This document shows positions 1 through 9,085 of a stretch of 64,000 nucleotides of DNA, piece by piece. The notes under the pieces were generated by a model, which saw nothing but the letters and a program-made list of their open reading frames with translations, did not search any database and was not told the origin of the DNA. This DNA comes from a virus (Duplodnaviria; Heunggongvirae; Uroviricota; Caudoviricetes). Within the stretch, counting starts at the first letter, position 1. The number at the start of each line of letters is the position of its first letter. Position numbers and translations under genes: made by a program. The stretch is from the IMG/VR virus record IMGVR_UViG_3300021431_000002; one strand, given 5' to 3'.

Positions 1-816
1 AGTTCCGTCAAAACCACTCTTGAAATACTTATTAAGGTTGTCAGCTCCGAATGGACGAACACCACCAGGTGTCAAAAATGCAGGAATAGCTTCACCAACT
101 TTAATGGTAACTTTACCCTTAGAGTTGTCATACAAGAAGTCATTGTAGAATAAGTCATACAAACTCTTCTGGAAATACTGAGTTACCTCAGGACCAGCTT
201 GACGAAGTGCTGTTACACCAAGACCAGCGGCTTGAGCCTCTGCAAGAGCTGCATCATAATCCTTTGCGTCTGCTACGGTCTGATTCAACTGTGGTACGTA
301 CCACTGATTTTTGTTAAGTTCATTAATTGTCTCATCTGGGAGATAGTATCTTGGCTCAACACGACCTTCCTTATTACGGTTAACTCTGTCATAGCCCATA
401 AGACCCTTATGACGACCAGTAGTTCCATCATAGATGTCACCTGGTTCACCAGCAGCACCTTCTGGAAGTTCCCACTCTCTCTCTGAAGTAACAGGAAGAA
501 TGAAGAACAACTTACCAACTGGAAGGTTCATTGCTTGAACTGATACAATATCATTAGCAAGAAGCTTGCTAAATACCCTACGAATGATAGGGAATACAAC
601 GGTCTCGAATGAACCGCTATTATCTGAAGCAGTAGCCTCGTAAATCAAGTGCTTTGCCTCATTTTCATACAATGTAGCAACATTCTCCTTAATACCCTCT
701 GGAAGACCCTCGGTGAATCCAAGTTCATCCCAACGGTGCTGAATGCTCTCACGTATCTGTTTTTGTGCGTTGTACTCGATATTACCAACTACACCACTTG
801 ATAAAAATTCTTTCAT
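1..816 (-). CDS. gp23: Major capsid protein, T4 gp23-like (5' part; runs off the window)
   Basis: Not in the ORF track; translated by hand from ATG 816: MKEFLSSGVVGNIEYNAQKQIRESIQHRWDELGF...LYENEAKHLIYEATAS...VVFPIIRRVFSKLLANDIVSVQAMNLPVGKLFF, which matches the gp23 N-terminal pattern (RR...LIA.DI..VQ.M..P.G..F). Confidence 0.95.
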   Translation of the reverse strand, partial: MKEFLSSGVVGNIEYNAQKQIRESIQHRWDELGFTEGLPEGIKENVATLYENEAKHLIYEATASDNSGSFETVVFPIIRRVFSKLLANDIVSVQAMNLPVGKLFFILPVTSEREWELPEGAAGEPGDIYDGTTGRHKGLMGYDRVNRNKEGRVEPRYYLPDETINELNKNQWYVPQLNQTVADAKDYDAALAEAQAAGLGVTALRQAGPEVTQYFQKSLYDLFYNDFLYDNSKGKVTIKVGEAIPAFLTPGGVRPFGADNLNKYFKSGFDGT

Positions 817-885
817 ATAGATAAATGAAGTTTATTTAACTTATTATTTTTTAATATAAATATACACAAGAATTAAAAAGTGCGA

Positions 886-2433
886 TTATTTCATCATTCT
901 GTGCATTAAATCAAGAGAATCTAACACATCTTTTGACTGGTAGATTTTTGTCTCATTGATTTTCTTTGAACCTTCAACTGTAAGAGACTTGTCTTCAGTG
1001 ATGTTCATTTTCTTTGATTTCTGAAGGTCTCTGCTAATTGACTCATAGAGTGTTTTAGATGCATCTACTGTCTTAGCCTCTTTTGAGAATCTTGAAATAA
1101 TCTCTTTCTTCTCATCTTGTGTTGTTGAGTTTTCAGAAATCAACTTGATTATCATACCAAGATTGTGGTTTGTAACGGCAGCCTCCTTCAATGACTTCAT
1201 CACGTCAGTTAAAGTAGATTTTAATTCCTTGTTTTCGCTAAGTGCTTTATTCGCTCTCTTCATAAAGCTCTCTGATACTGAATCTTCCTCGCCACCGCTA
1301 TAACGTGGTGTTACAGTACCCTTAACTCTCTTACCACCCTTACTCATTGAACGAGCATTACGTCCGTTTGAGTTTGGAACGTGAGACTTAGATGTGCTGT
1401 TCTGCTGTACGAATCCACCAACGTTTGTTGCTTCCTCAACTGGCGCATCAACGTTGCCACATTCTTCCATTGAACCTTCTACATCCTCACCCTCTTCAAT
1501 CTGCTTTCCTTTTTCAGCATTGAATGGTTTGTCTGCTTTACTTTTCTTGCCTGGGTATCCACTCCAAGGTTTCTCAGTTCCGTGAGGAACACCAGCGTCC
1601 CAGTCGTTTACATTTTTACCTGGCTCTGACATGCCTGGATTTGTCATTACATCTTTTTTCTGATAATTGTCAGTGTATCCTACATTTGAATCGTACTCTA
1701 ATACTAATTCAAACATTCTTTCTGTTGATTCATTCATATCGTCATAATCATTTTCATAATCATCTTCTGCACCGAAATCATCAGCACCTTCATCATCTGT
1801 AATTACATCATCATCACTTGAGTTGGATGCAGCAACATCTGTCGCTTCTCCATTATCACCAAGATTGATTAGGTACTCAGCTCCAGTTTCATTGTCTTGA
1901 ATGTTTACGTTGCCATTATCGTCCTTATGAACGAGTATCTGGTCATCATTCTTCATTAGCTTGTAAACCTTTACGATTTCCTCGTCTTCCGCATTTGAAA
2001 AGTCATACTCATCGTCTGATATTTTATATTTATCAAACTCTGCCCATCCGTCACCATCTTCGCTTGATTCGTCACCCTCTACGCTTGCATCATCAATGCT
2101 AGTGTCATCACTATTAGTGTCATCACCACCATCAATTACTGCATCGTCAGTTGGCTCATCTGCTTCCTTACCAGTGTCAGCGTCCTCTACGCCATCCGTA
2201 GAGGCATCTACTGAATCAGCATCATTTGTAATATCAGAACTAGTATCTTCCACTTCCTCTTCTTCGTAGTCCTTGTCATCGTCCTCAGACAATAACTTGG
2301 CATATGTATCACGTACAGCCTCATCTAAAAGAGTCTTGACTGCACTTTCAGTATTTTCCCTCAAAGAATTAGCGAGTGTATTGTAATCCAATAAAGATTC
2401 TTTCACTACTTTGCTTCTAATATTTTTATTCAT
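886..2433 (-). CDS. Acidic prohead core/scaffold-like protein
   Basis: Lies directly upstream of the MCP; very D/E-rich centre, coiled-coil C-terminus, many xxE-S/A sites (MNES, VEEA, VSES, INET). Confidence 0.7.
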   Translation of the reverse strand: MNKNIRSKVVKESLLDYNTLANSLRENTESAVKTLLDEAVRDTYAKLLSEDDDKDYEEEEVEDTSSDITNDADSVDASTDGVEDADTGKEADEPTDDAVIDGGDDTNSDDTSIDDASVEGDESSEDGDGWAEFDKYKISDDEYDFSNAEDEEIVKVYKLMKNDDQILVHKDDNGNVNIQDNETGAEYLINLGDNGEATDVAASNSSDDDVITDDEGADDFGAEDDYENDYDDMNESTERMFELVLEYDSNVGYTDNYQKKDVMTNPGMSEPGKNVNDWDAGVPHGTEKPWSGYPGKKSKADKPFNAEKGKQIEEGEDVEGSMEECGNVDAPVEEATNVGGFVQQNSTSKSHVPNSNGRNARSMSKGGKRVKGTVTPRYSGGEEDSVSESFMKRANKALSENKELKSTLTDVMKSLKEAAVTNHNLGMIIKLISENSTTQDEKKEIISRFSKEAKTVDASKTLYESISRDLQKSKKMNITEDKSLTVEGSKKINETKIYQSKDVLDSLDLMHRMMK

Positions 2434-2584
2434 TTAGAAAATAGATTTAATACATTATTTTAAATATAAATATTACATAATAACAAAAAAATATCACTTA
2501 ATGTTTTTTAATTCGTTGTAATTATGCTTTGTATATTATAAATATTTGGTTTGTGATAAATATTTATAATAAAAATTAATAAAA

Positions 2585-3295
2585 ATGAAAAAAAATGAAT
2601 TAGATATAATTAAAGAGGGTAAAACTGGTCATGGTATTCTAATTGAAAACGATGGATTTATGTTTTTGAAAAACACAAAAGAAAACCAAATGATTAGGGA
2701 AGGAATAGAAAATGGTGAATGGAATATCCCATACCCATTTGTCGTAGACGCTGTTTTCCAAAAATTCGGCATTAAAAATGCTAATGGTAGAATATATCCA
2801 GAGGAAGTATTAAAAAAACAAGTTGAATTATATCAGCAGAAAATTGACGAAAGAAGGGCATTGGGCGAATTAAATCACCCAGCAGAAAGTACCATTGACC
2901 TAGATAGAATTGCAATAAATATAGTAGAATTACACTGGGAAGGAAGAACCCTTGTCGGAAAACTAGAAATTAACACATCATATGGTTTCAGAAAATATGG
3001 TATGGTGACAACACGCGGAGACCAGATGGCGAACCTTCTCATCAATGGATATAAAATTGGTGTATCATCAAGAGGTGTTGGGTCAGTAGAACAAAAACTA
3101 GGACAATACATTGTTGGTGATGACTTTGAATTAATATGTTGGGATGTTGTCAGTGACCCTAGTACAAATAATGCCTTTATATCAATGAATGGCGAGGAAG
3201 AAATGGGTCTTTGGATTGAAAAAAATGTGGTAAATAATAATAAAACACCTATTAACGAAAAAATAAATAAAATTAAAAATATTTTGAATTCTTAA
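2585..3295 (+). CDS. gp21: Prohead maturation protease, T4 gp21-like
   Basis: KNANGRIYP, ALGELNHP, GVSSRGVGS and WDVVSDPST motifs. Confidence 0.95.
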   Translation: MKKNELDIIKEGKTGHGILIENDGFMFLKNTKENQMIREGIENGEWNIPYPFVVDAVFQKFGIKNANGRIYPEEVLKKQVELYQQKIDERRALGELNHPAESTIDLDRIAINIVELHWEGRTLVGKLEINTSYGFRKYGMVTTRGDQMANLLINGYKIGVSSRGVGSVEQKLGQYIVGDDFELICWDVVSDPSTNNAFISMNGEEEMGLWIEKNVVNNNKTPINEKINKIKNILNS

Positions 3296-3474
3296 TGTTT
3301 TTTTATATAAAAGAACACAATATTCCAATAATATATATTTTCAATAAATTCCATTCTTTGCATAGACTCGATGAGCATTTCAATCATATGTATGACGATG
3401 CCTTGTTTATTGAGGATATAATTGAAGATAACAACATTCTATTAAACGAAATAAAAAAGCGAAGTCTCATTTAA
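3295..3474 (+). pseudogene. 59-aa remnant resembling the C-terminus of a homing endonuclease
   Basis: Hand translation MFFYIKEHNIPIIYIFNK...LLNEIKKRSLI; KEHNIPIIYI resembles KNANIKLFYY at the end of the endonuclease at 53350-55263. Confidence 0.4.
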
Positions 3475-3492
3475 AGGCTTCGCTTTATTTTT
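3452..3492. terminator. Bidirectional intrinsic terminator
   Basis: AAAGCGAAGTCT...AGGCTTCGCTTT hairpin flanked by A/T runs between convergent genes. Confidence 0.7.
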
Positions 3493-3493
3493 C

Positions 3494-3892
3494 TCATATG
3501 TTGTCAATTCTGACCATAAATGCATCTGTCATACTACCTCTGTTAGAAATAAAATGTACACTGTTTTTCCTAGGAGAAAAATTTATTACTGCATCTATAA
3601 ATTCTTGTCTGCTTTTGTGTATACCGTTTTTAGGGTAGCAAGTATAAACAGTATAATTTCCCATATCTTTTGTTGCTGAATGACCCCATCCGCATAGTTT
3701 CTCTGCTTTTAGCAATCCTTGAATCATTCCATTATTTGATTGGCTTCTATATTCATCAACCCCATCTTGGTCAAGAAACATATCCATTTGCCCATCTGGG
3801 TAAACCCCACCAATTTCTTTTATGATTCTTTTAACAGAATTGCCAACTATCCTATGTAAGTCATTTTCAGTTAACCTTATTATTCTTACCAT
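3494..3892 (-). CDS. Putative capsid-cargo protein with RLTE leader
   Basis: N-terminus MVRIIRLTENDLHRIVGNSVKRIIKE followed by an unrelated globular domain. Confidence 0.7.
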   Translation of the reverse strand: MVRIIRLTENDLHRIVGNSVKRIIKEIGGVYPDGQMDMFLDQDGVDEYRSQSNNGMIQGLLKAEKLCGWGHSATKDMGNYTVYTCYPKNGIHKSRQEFIDAVINFSPRKNSVHFISNRGSMTDAFMVRIDNI

Positions 3893-3922
3893 AATTTTAA
3901 ATAAACAATAGTTTTTATTTTT

Positions 3923-4300
3923 TTACCAACTGCCACGATATAAATCTCCGTCAGACGGACTATCGTTAACTTGGTTTACATCATCCCTATACCAATCTGG
4001 GTCTTCCTCATACCCTTCTGCTTCATCATCATTCCAACCTAGTACATTGCTGTCTTGGTTATAATGTGTTGGGTCAAACTGCTCTTCTCCCTCTGCCCCC
4101 CAATCGTGCTGATTTCTGAATTCATTCTCAGCCTCGTATCTATCAATCTGGTCTTCAAATGGCTCATAGTTGTTCATGACTGAATTGTCATCACCTTGAC
4201 GCCAGTCATTTCCTAGAATATCTTCTTTTAATATCCTAGATACTGAATTCCTAATAATCCTATGTAAGTCAGATTCTGTTAATCTTATAATCCTTTTCAT
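3923..4300 (-). CDS. Putative capsid-cargo protein with RLTE leader, acidic payload
   Basis: MKRIIRLTESDLHRIIRNSVSRILKE followed by a D/E/N-rich tail. Confidence 0.7.
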   Translation of the reverse strand: MKRIIRLTESDLHRIIRNSVSRILKEDILGNDWRQGDDNSVMNNYEPFEDQIDRYEAENEFRNQHDWGAEGEEQFDPTHYNQDSNVLGWNDDEAEGYEEDPDWYRDDVNQVNDSPSDGDLYRGSW

Positions 4301-4339
4301 ATTTAATTTAGGTAATTATATGTTATTTGACCCTACTTG

Positions 4340-4597
4340 TTAAATACTTGATATGGAATCTTTCATTCTAATACTAGATAATATTCCTTGTAGAGTATTT
4401 ATCATAGAATGTATCTCTTGTCTATACGAATAGGGGACTTTACCCTCTAAATCATATAAATTATGCATTTCATTTCTAATAAGCTGTTCATAATTAGCAT
4501 CATAATCATAAATATCGCTTTCGTTTAGAACATTTTTAATTGTTTCTTTAACTATTTTATGAACATCTTGTTCTGTAAGTTTAATTCTTTTTTTCAT
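4340..4597 (-). CDS. Putative capsid-cargo protein with RLTE-type leader
   Basis: MKKRIKLTEQDVHKIVKETIKNVLNES; TATTTATA motif 19 nt upstream. Confidence 0.7.
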   Translation of the reverse strand: MKKRIKLTEQDVHKIVKETIKNVLNESDIYDYDANYEQLIRNEMHNLYDLEGKVPYSYRQEIHSMINTLQGILSSIRMKDSISSI

Positions 4598-4633
4598 ATA
4601 TCTTATATATTTTAATATAAATATAACATAAGA

Positions 4634-5068
4634 TTACTTTCTTTTCTCCACAGTAAATCCATTTTCCTTGAAAAGGTAAACTAAGTTGTTGACAACCGTG
4701 CTTACTTTATTAGAAAGCATTTCTTTCAAATCCTTTAGTTTCTTTACATCAGAATCATTCTGCCTCAGATAGAAATCAAATGATAGAAACTTTTTGTTGC
4801 CAATATTGAATTTATCGGTATTGATGTCAAAATCCAATATAAACCTATTAGTAAAATTTATTTCGTCAATCAAAAATAACTTTATGCTTTTTTTCATTTC
4901 TTTCTCTATCCTCGATATGACATATTCATAATCCATTTGATGTTTTGGGGATACCCAGCATTTTCCACTTACATAAATAACTTGTGGATTGTCTTTGTTG
5001 ACACTACCGTATTTTACAATCACATGATTGCATACATCTAACTTATATTCCTTATTTAAACGCTTCAT
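4634..5068 (-). CDS. Hypothetical protein
   Basis: 144-aa ORF co-oriented with its neighbours; normal composition. Confidence 0.7.
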   Translation of the reverse strand: MKRLNKEYKLDVCNHVIVKYGSVNKDNPQVIYVSGKCWVSPKHQMDYEYVISRIEKEMKKSIKLFLIDEINFTNRFILDFDINTDKFNIGNKKFLSFDFYLRQNDSDVKKLKDLKEMLSNKVSTVVNNLVYLFKENGFTVEKRK

Positions 5069-5254
5069 TTGTTATATTGTTTAGTACATATAAAATATAA
5101 CAATTTTTTGGTAAAAATCAATAGGCGGTATTAAATAAAATGAGCGAATCGGAATTATTCGCTCATATATTTGACAAGTCAATTGGACTTGTTAAAAGTA
5201 GCTTGAGATTAGAGGCAGATTGATAGCTGCTCTTTATATATAATTTTTTGTGCT

Positions 5255-5635
5255 TTAACCATAGTACCCCAATTTTCTCAATCTTTCAGTTCTTCTTGAA
5301 CGCTCTTCTGGATGAGAGTTTAAATATTCTGTGTATCCATTAGCATATTCTTTATATAGAGGATTTGTAATCATTCCGTGTTCATCTGTGTCATTTCCCA
5401 AAGATGAACGCTTTTGTTTTGCATAGTTATATATTTCTCCTCCATTGTCTGATTGACTCTTAAACAAGTCATCAATTGTGCCACCATTCGCATTAATTAC
5501 TTTTCTTGCTTGTAATGCCCCTAATCTTCTTTGTCCTCCTTCTGTGTTGCCGATTTCATTCAAAATTCTATTCACAGACTCTTTCACAATCTTATGAAGG
5601 TCTGATTCTGTAAGCCTTATAAGTTTTTTATTCAT
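5255..5635 (-). CDS. Putative capsid-cargo protein with RLTE leader
   Basis: Likely start 5635: MNKKLIRLTESDLHKIVKESVNRILNE. Confidence 0.7.
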   Translation of the reverse strand: MNKKLIRLTESDLHKIVKESVNRILNEIGNTEGGQRRLGALQARKVINANGGTIDDLFKSQSDNGGEIYNYAKQKRSSLGNDTDEHGMITNPLYKEYANGYTEYLNSHPEERSRRTERLRKLGYYG

Positions 5636-5663
5636 ATTTCTATACGTATTTTCTAAATAAATA

Positions 5664-6989
5664 TCATTCATTTTCGTTTTCTTCTCTAGGGTTAATCAAA
5701 ATATGTTCCTCATCAATTGGTTCATCAATTGCCACCTCTGGTAGTACGCTATCAATTGCTACCTCTGGGTCGTATCCAACCAACGTCACCTCGGATGCTT
5801 TTTCAATGTCATCCCTACTGATTCTAACCATTATATTATCGCCATTAATGAATTTTATATCGTTTTCCAAATTCATTAACTCACCGTTCACCAACAGTTT
5901 GAAATCGAATACATTTTTTGTTTCTACTGATTCAAGAACCATATCTTTGTCTATTTCAAATTCAAGTTCTGTCACACAATCGAAATTCATTATAACCTTC
6001 ATTATTTTGTTATAATATCTGTCGGGTTTCTTTTCGCAGCAATCGTCAGCGTCACTCGTTTCCTCAAATATTTCTGAAGGTTTGTCTGTTGGTATCATAT
6101 CTGGCACTGGGCAGTTTTCATCATCATTCACCAATGACTCAATTTTGAATTTCTGTTCCTCATCTAGTTTGAACGTCATAAATGTAACTTTTTCTTCATC
6201 CCTTCTGTTCTTACCTCTGCGATGAATGATACCAGTAGCATCTGAATCACGCCAAGGCATTAAAAACCTAGATGGAATTCTTTCTACCTTGTAGTCTTCT
6301 TTTCTTATTATATAACCCCTTACTTTGACCTTATATGTCTGTGAATAGTATTTACGGTCATCAATTGCATACTCAGAATTATCGGAAACGTCCTCAAGCG
6401 TCATTGACATTGGATGACCATTAGGAGATATATAGCAATCAATTGCACTAAATTCATAGTGCATAAGCTCGTTCATTTCATTTATTATCTCCATTTTGTT
6501 AGCAACAATGGAAATCGAATAAATGAAATTTACTTGAAACGGCTGTTTCATCGTGTATTTGTCGTAAGCCTCTGTTCCATTTTCTTGTAATACTGGAACA
6601 TAAAACATTGCAAAATCCTTATGCCCAGGAATATTGAAATAGTTTCCTTGGCTTTCACCTTTCTGAGGGTTATTCTCACGTGTAACAGTTTTGAAATTTA
6701 TAATTGGGTTACCAGTTTCGTCTTGTTTATCCCATTCTTGAATGTATTCACTAAGTCTTTGCGTACTGTATAGTTTATATGTAGGAAGCCTTTTTCCATC
6801 ATACGTTATCTGTATGTGTTCTTCCACCCACCTAAACATTGCTTCATCTATGTCAGAATATTCAATTGGTAAGGGAAATGGAGTTCCTTTTTCCAATATC
6901 ATTTTTGACATATTACGTCTGCGCTCAACACCAAATGCATGGTGTCTGAGTTTCAATTTATCCATATATGGTTTTGGCTGTATTAGCAT
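5664..6989 (-). CDS. Virion structural protein, possibly tail terminator/sheath stabiliser (gp15-like)
   Basis: DIDEAM...P.....QR...PFQVNFIYSISIVANKMEIINEMNE pattern resembles gp15-like proteins of large myoviruses; structural-gene context. The function is inferred. Confidence 0.45.
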   Translation of the reverse strand: MLIQPKPYMDKLKLRHHAFGVERRRNMSKMILEKGTPFPLPIEYSDIDEAMFRWVEEHIQITYDGKRLPTYKLYSTQRLSEYIQEWDKQDETGNPIINFKTVTRENNPQKGESQGNYFNIPGHKDFAMFYVPVLQENGTEAYDKYTMKQPFQVNFIYSISIVANKMEIINEMNELMHYEFSAIDCYISPNGHPMSMTLEDVSDNSEYAIDDRKYYSQTYKVKVRGYIIRKEDYKVERIPSRFLMPWRDSDATGIIHRRGKNRRDEEKVTFMTFKLDEEQKFKIESLVNDDENCPVPDMIPTDKPSEIFEETSDADDCCEKKPDRYYNKIMKVIMNFDCVTELEFEIDKDMVLESVETKNVFDFKLLVNGELMNLENDIKFINGDNIMVRISRDDIEKASEVTLVGYDPEVAIDSVLPEVAIDEPIDEEHILINPREENENE

Positions 6990-7034
6990 AACTTATATTT
7001 TATCAATAAATAGTGTTAAAAGCATTTAAAATAT

Positions 7035-7068
7035 TTGGTCAAATGAATTATTTTTCGTATATTTGCAC
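7035..7068 (+). promoter_or_regulatory. Bacteroidota-type promoter with no downstream gene
   Basis: TTTGG...CGTATATTTGCA with the -33/-7 spacing; a terminator hairpin follows at 7096-7128. Confidence 0.55.
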
Positions 7069-7095
7069 AACCGAATAATATATGATTATAAAAAC

Positions 7096-7128
7096 AAAAT
7101 GGCTGAGAAACGAATCTCAGCCATTTTT
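7096..7128. terminator. Intrinsic terminator
   Basis: AAAATGGCTGAGA-AACGAA-TCTCAGCCATTTT. Confidence 0.75.
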
Positions 7129-7353
7129 TCATCTTGATAACTTATCAAGTCTGCTTATTATATCCCCAAGCTGTTGAACGACAAACACGTTTTTAGTTAA
7201 GCCGTTTTTAAGCATTCTATCATAAATTTCGGAAAGTGTTTTCTTACAGTTTCTCATTGCTATCAAATCACCCTCCCCCCAATAAAAATTTTCATTAATC
7301 ATGCACTTACTTTTTAGATAATCATTTATTATTTCCGTTATAATATCTTTCAT
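7129..7353 (-). CDS. Small late protein
   Basis: 74 aa, co-oriented; MINE site near the N-terminus. Confidence 0.55.
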   Translation of the reverse strand: MKDIITEIINDYLKSKCMINENFYWGEGDLIAMRNCKKTLSEIYDRMLKNGLTKNVFVVQQLGDIISRLDKLSR

Positions 7354-7358
7354 AACAC

Positions 7359-9020
7359 TTAATCATCCATTAATATATCTCTTATCTCCAACAATTTTGC
7401 AATATCTTTAACAATATTATTTTTGTCAAATGTCATTTCGTTTAATTGGCTACTCAAGCCTTTTAATTCTTCGTTGTTTGAATCTTCTTTAAGCATTGAT
7501 GTGATGGCTGTTAGACAATCCTCTTTAAGTTTATTAAACAGTTTCTCTTTTCTCTGCTCTGCAATTGGGCTTCTAAAATCTGTAATTTGCTGCACAAATG
7601 ACATTTCAGATTCATTAAGGTTTGTTTTCATCTTGTCCTCAAACTCACTTATCAAATCGTCAATATTTTTGCTTTCTTTAATCACATCGTTTTTATGATT
7701 TTCCATATATTGGCAAACCGTATGATAACTTTCGATGAGTGGTATCATATTTGCAGTTGTTTTCTTATGTGTTAGAATAATATGGCCTGATTCATATAGT
7801 TTTCTACTTTCATCATCGATGAAATCACTAGGAATTATATTGTTTTCAAGCATCACTTTTCTAAGTTTTTTATTTGACTCCCTAACTGTTTTCTGGTTTA
7901 TTCCCTTAACAGAAATATCAGCCAATTTCTCTAGCACTTCTTTTGCTTCGGCAATAGTTGCAGCCTTGCCCTTATATTGCGTTTTAATCGCATTGTAGAA
8001 GGCAAATTCGTTCTTGAGGTTACTATCTTCCTTTATTAATTTTACAACGTCTCTGACAGCCTTTTTGTTCGTCTTAAATAACGTAGGCAATTGCTGTTCA
8101 AATATATGATTTAAGATACCGAAATTATTAGTTTTCATTTCAGACGATAATTCATTCTCATGTTTATTATCTTCAATGGTTTCATCTAGCATACGTTTTG
8201 CTGCATTATAAGCACCGAAATCATTTCTTTTAAGTGCCTCATTCATTATTTCAATATAGTTTGAAAACTCTTTTTGATATTTATTCTCTTTCATATCGTT
8301 TTCTTTTATTGTGTTTTTAGGTTCTTTTTCTTCTTGGTGTATCAATGAATTGTATTGCGCTATTGTCATGTTGCCCAATTTGGCGGTTTTGTCGGCTAAT
8401 TTAGAATTAGGCGTATTATATTTCCTTACAATGTCAACCATCCATTCTGGAAATGAATATGACCCTTTTATATTCATTCCCATTAATCTAATATCTGTTG
8501 GACTAACATATTGGTCGTTTGAGTTAATATACCAAATGACATTGGCATCTCCAGCCTTTACTTCATCATTACCACCCCATTTTTGTTCCTCTGGATAAAC
8601 ATAACTATAATCTTGGAATTTTTCTACCCCACCTAGATTTTCAAGTATTTCATATAATTTTTCTGAAGATACTTTATGCCAAGTTGTAATAATTTTCGGC
8701 TCGTCAAACGTTCTTCCTTTAAATGCTGCTGTGTCGTTAACAGCACGTCCAATACCTTCTATGTCATCATCTTCTATATCTTCACTAGATATTGCTTTAC
8801 CAAGTATTTCATAACCAATTTTTTGAGACAAATGGTAATGGCAAGTATCCGCTTCGGAAACAAATTCCTTTTCTCCGTCTAATGATGTTTGAAACCACCC
8901 GAATGAGATTCCCTTATCTCCGTCAAAATACCAAGACCTCATGTATTTATCAGTGGAATCATCATACTCCGACATTGTATCAGGGTTTCCTTGAAAATAT
9001 TCTAATATAATTTTTTTCAT
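7359..9020 (-). CDS. Putative head-associated protein (N-terminal extra domain plus helical C-terminal domain)
   Basis: Likely start MKKIILEYF at 9020; directly downstream of the portal; IKEN, VRES, IKES and LNES sites. Confidence 0.6.
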   Translation of the reverse strand: MKKIILEYFQGNPDTMSEYDDSTDKYMRSWYFDGDKGISFGWFQTSLDGEKEFVSEADTCHYHLSQKIGYEILGKAISSEDIEDDDIEGIGRAVNDTAAFKGRTFDEPKIITTWHKVSSEKLYEILENLGGVEKFQDYSYVYPEEQKWGGNDEVKAGDANVIWYINSNDQYVSPTDIRLMGMNIKGSYSFPEWMVDIVRKYNTPNSKLADKTAKLGNMTIAQYNSLIHQEEKEPKNTIKENDMKENKYQKEFSNYIEIMNEALKRNDFGAYNAAKRMLDETIEDNKHENELSSEMKTNNFGILNHIFEQQLPTLFKTNKKAVRDVVKLIKEDSNLKNEFAFYNAIKTQYKGKAATIAEAKEVLEKLADISVKGINQKTVRESNKKLRKVMLENNIIPSDFIDDESRKLYESGHIILTHKKTTANMIPLIESYHTVCQYMENHKNDVIKESKNIDDLISEFEDKMKTNLNESEMSFVQQITDFRSPIAEQRKEKLFNKLKEDCLTAITSMLKEDSNNEELKGLSSQLNEMTFDKNNIVKDIAKLLEIRDILMDD

Positions 9021-9085
9021 TGAAACATTATTTCTTATAAATATCATCGTAAAATAAAAAGCGTGACCATTGCCACGCTCTTTAT

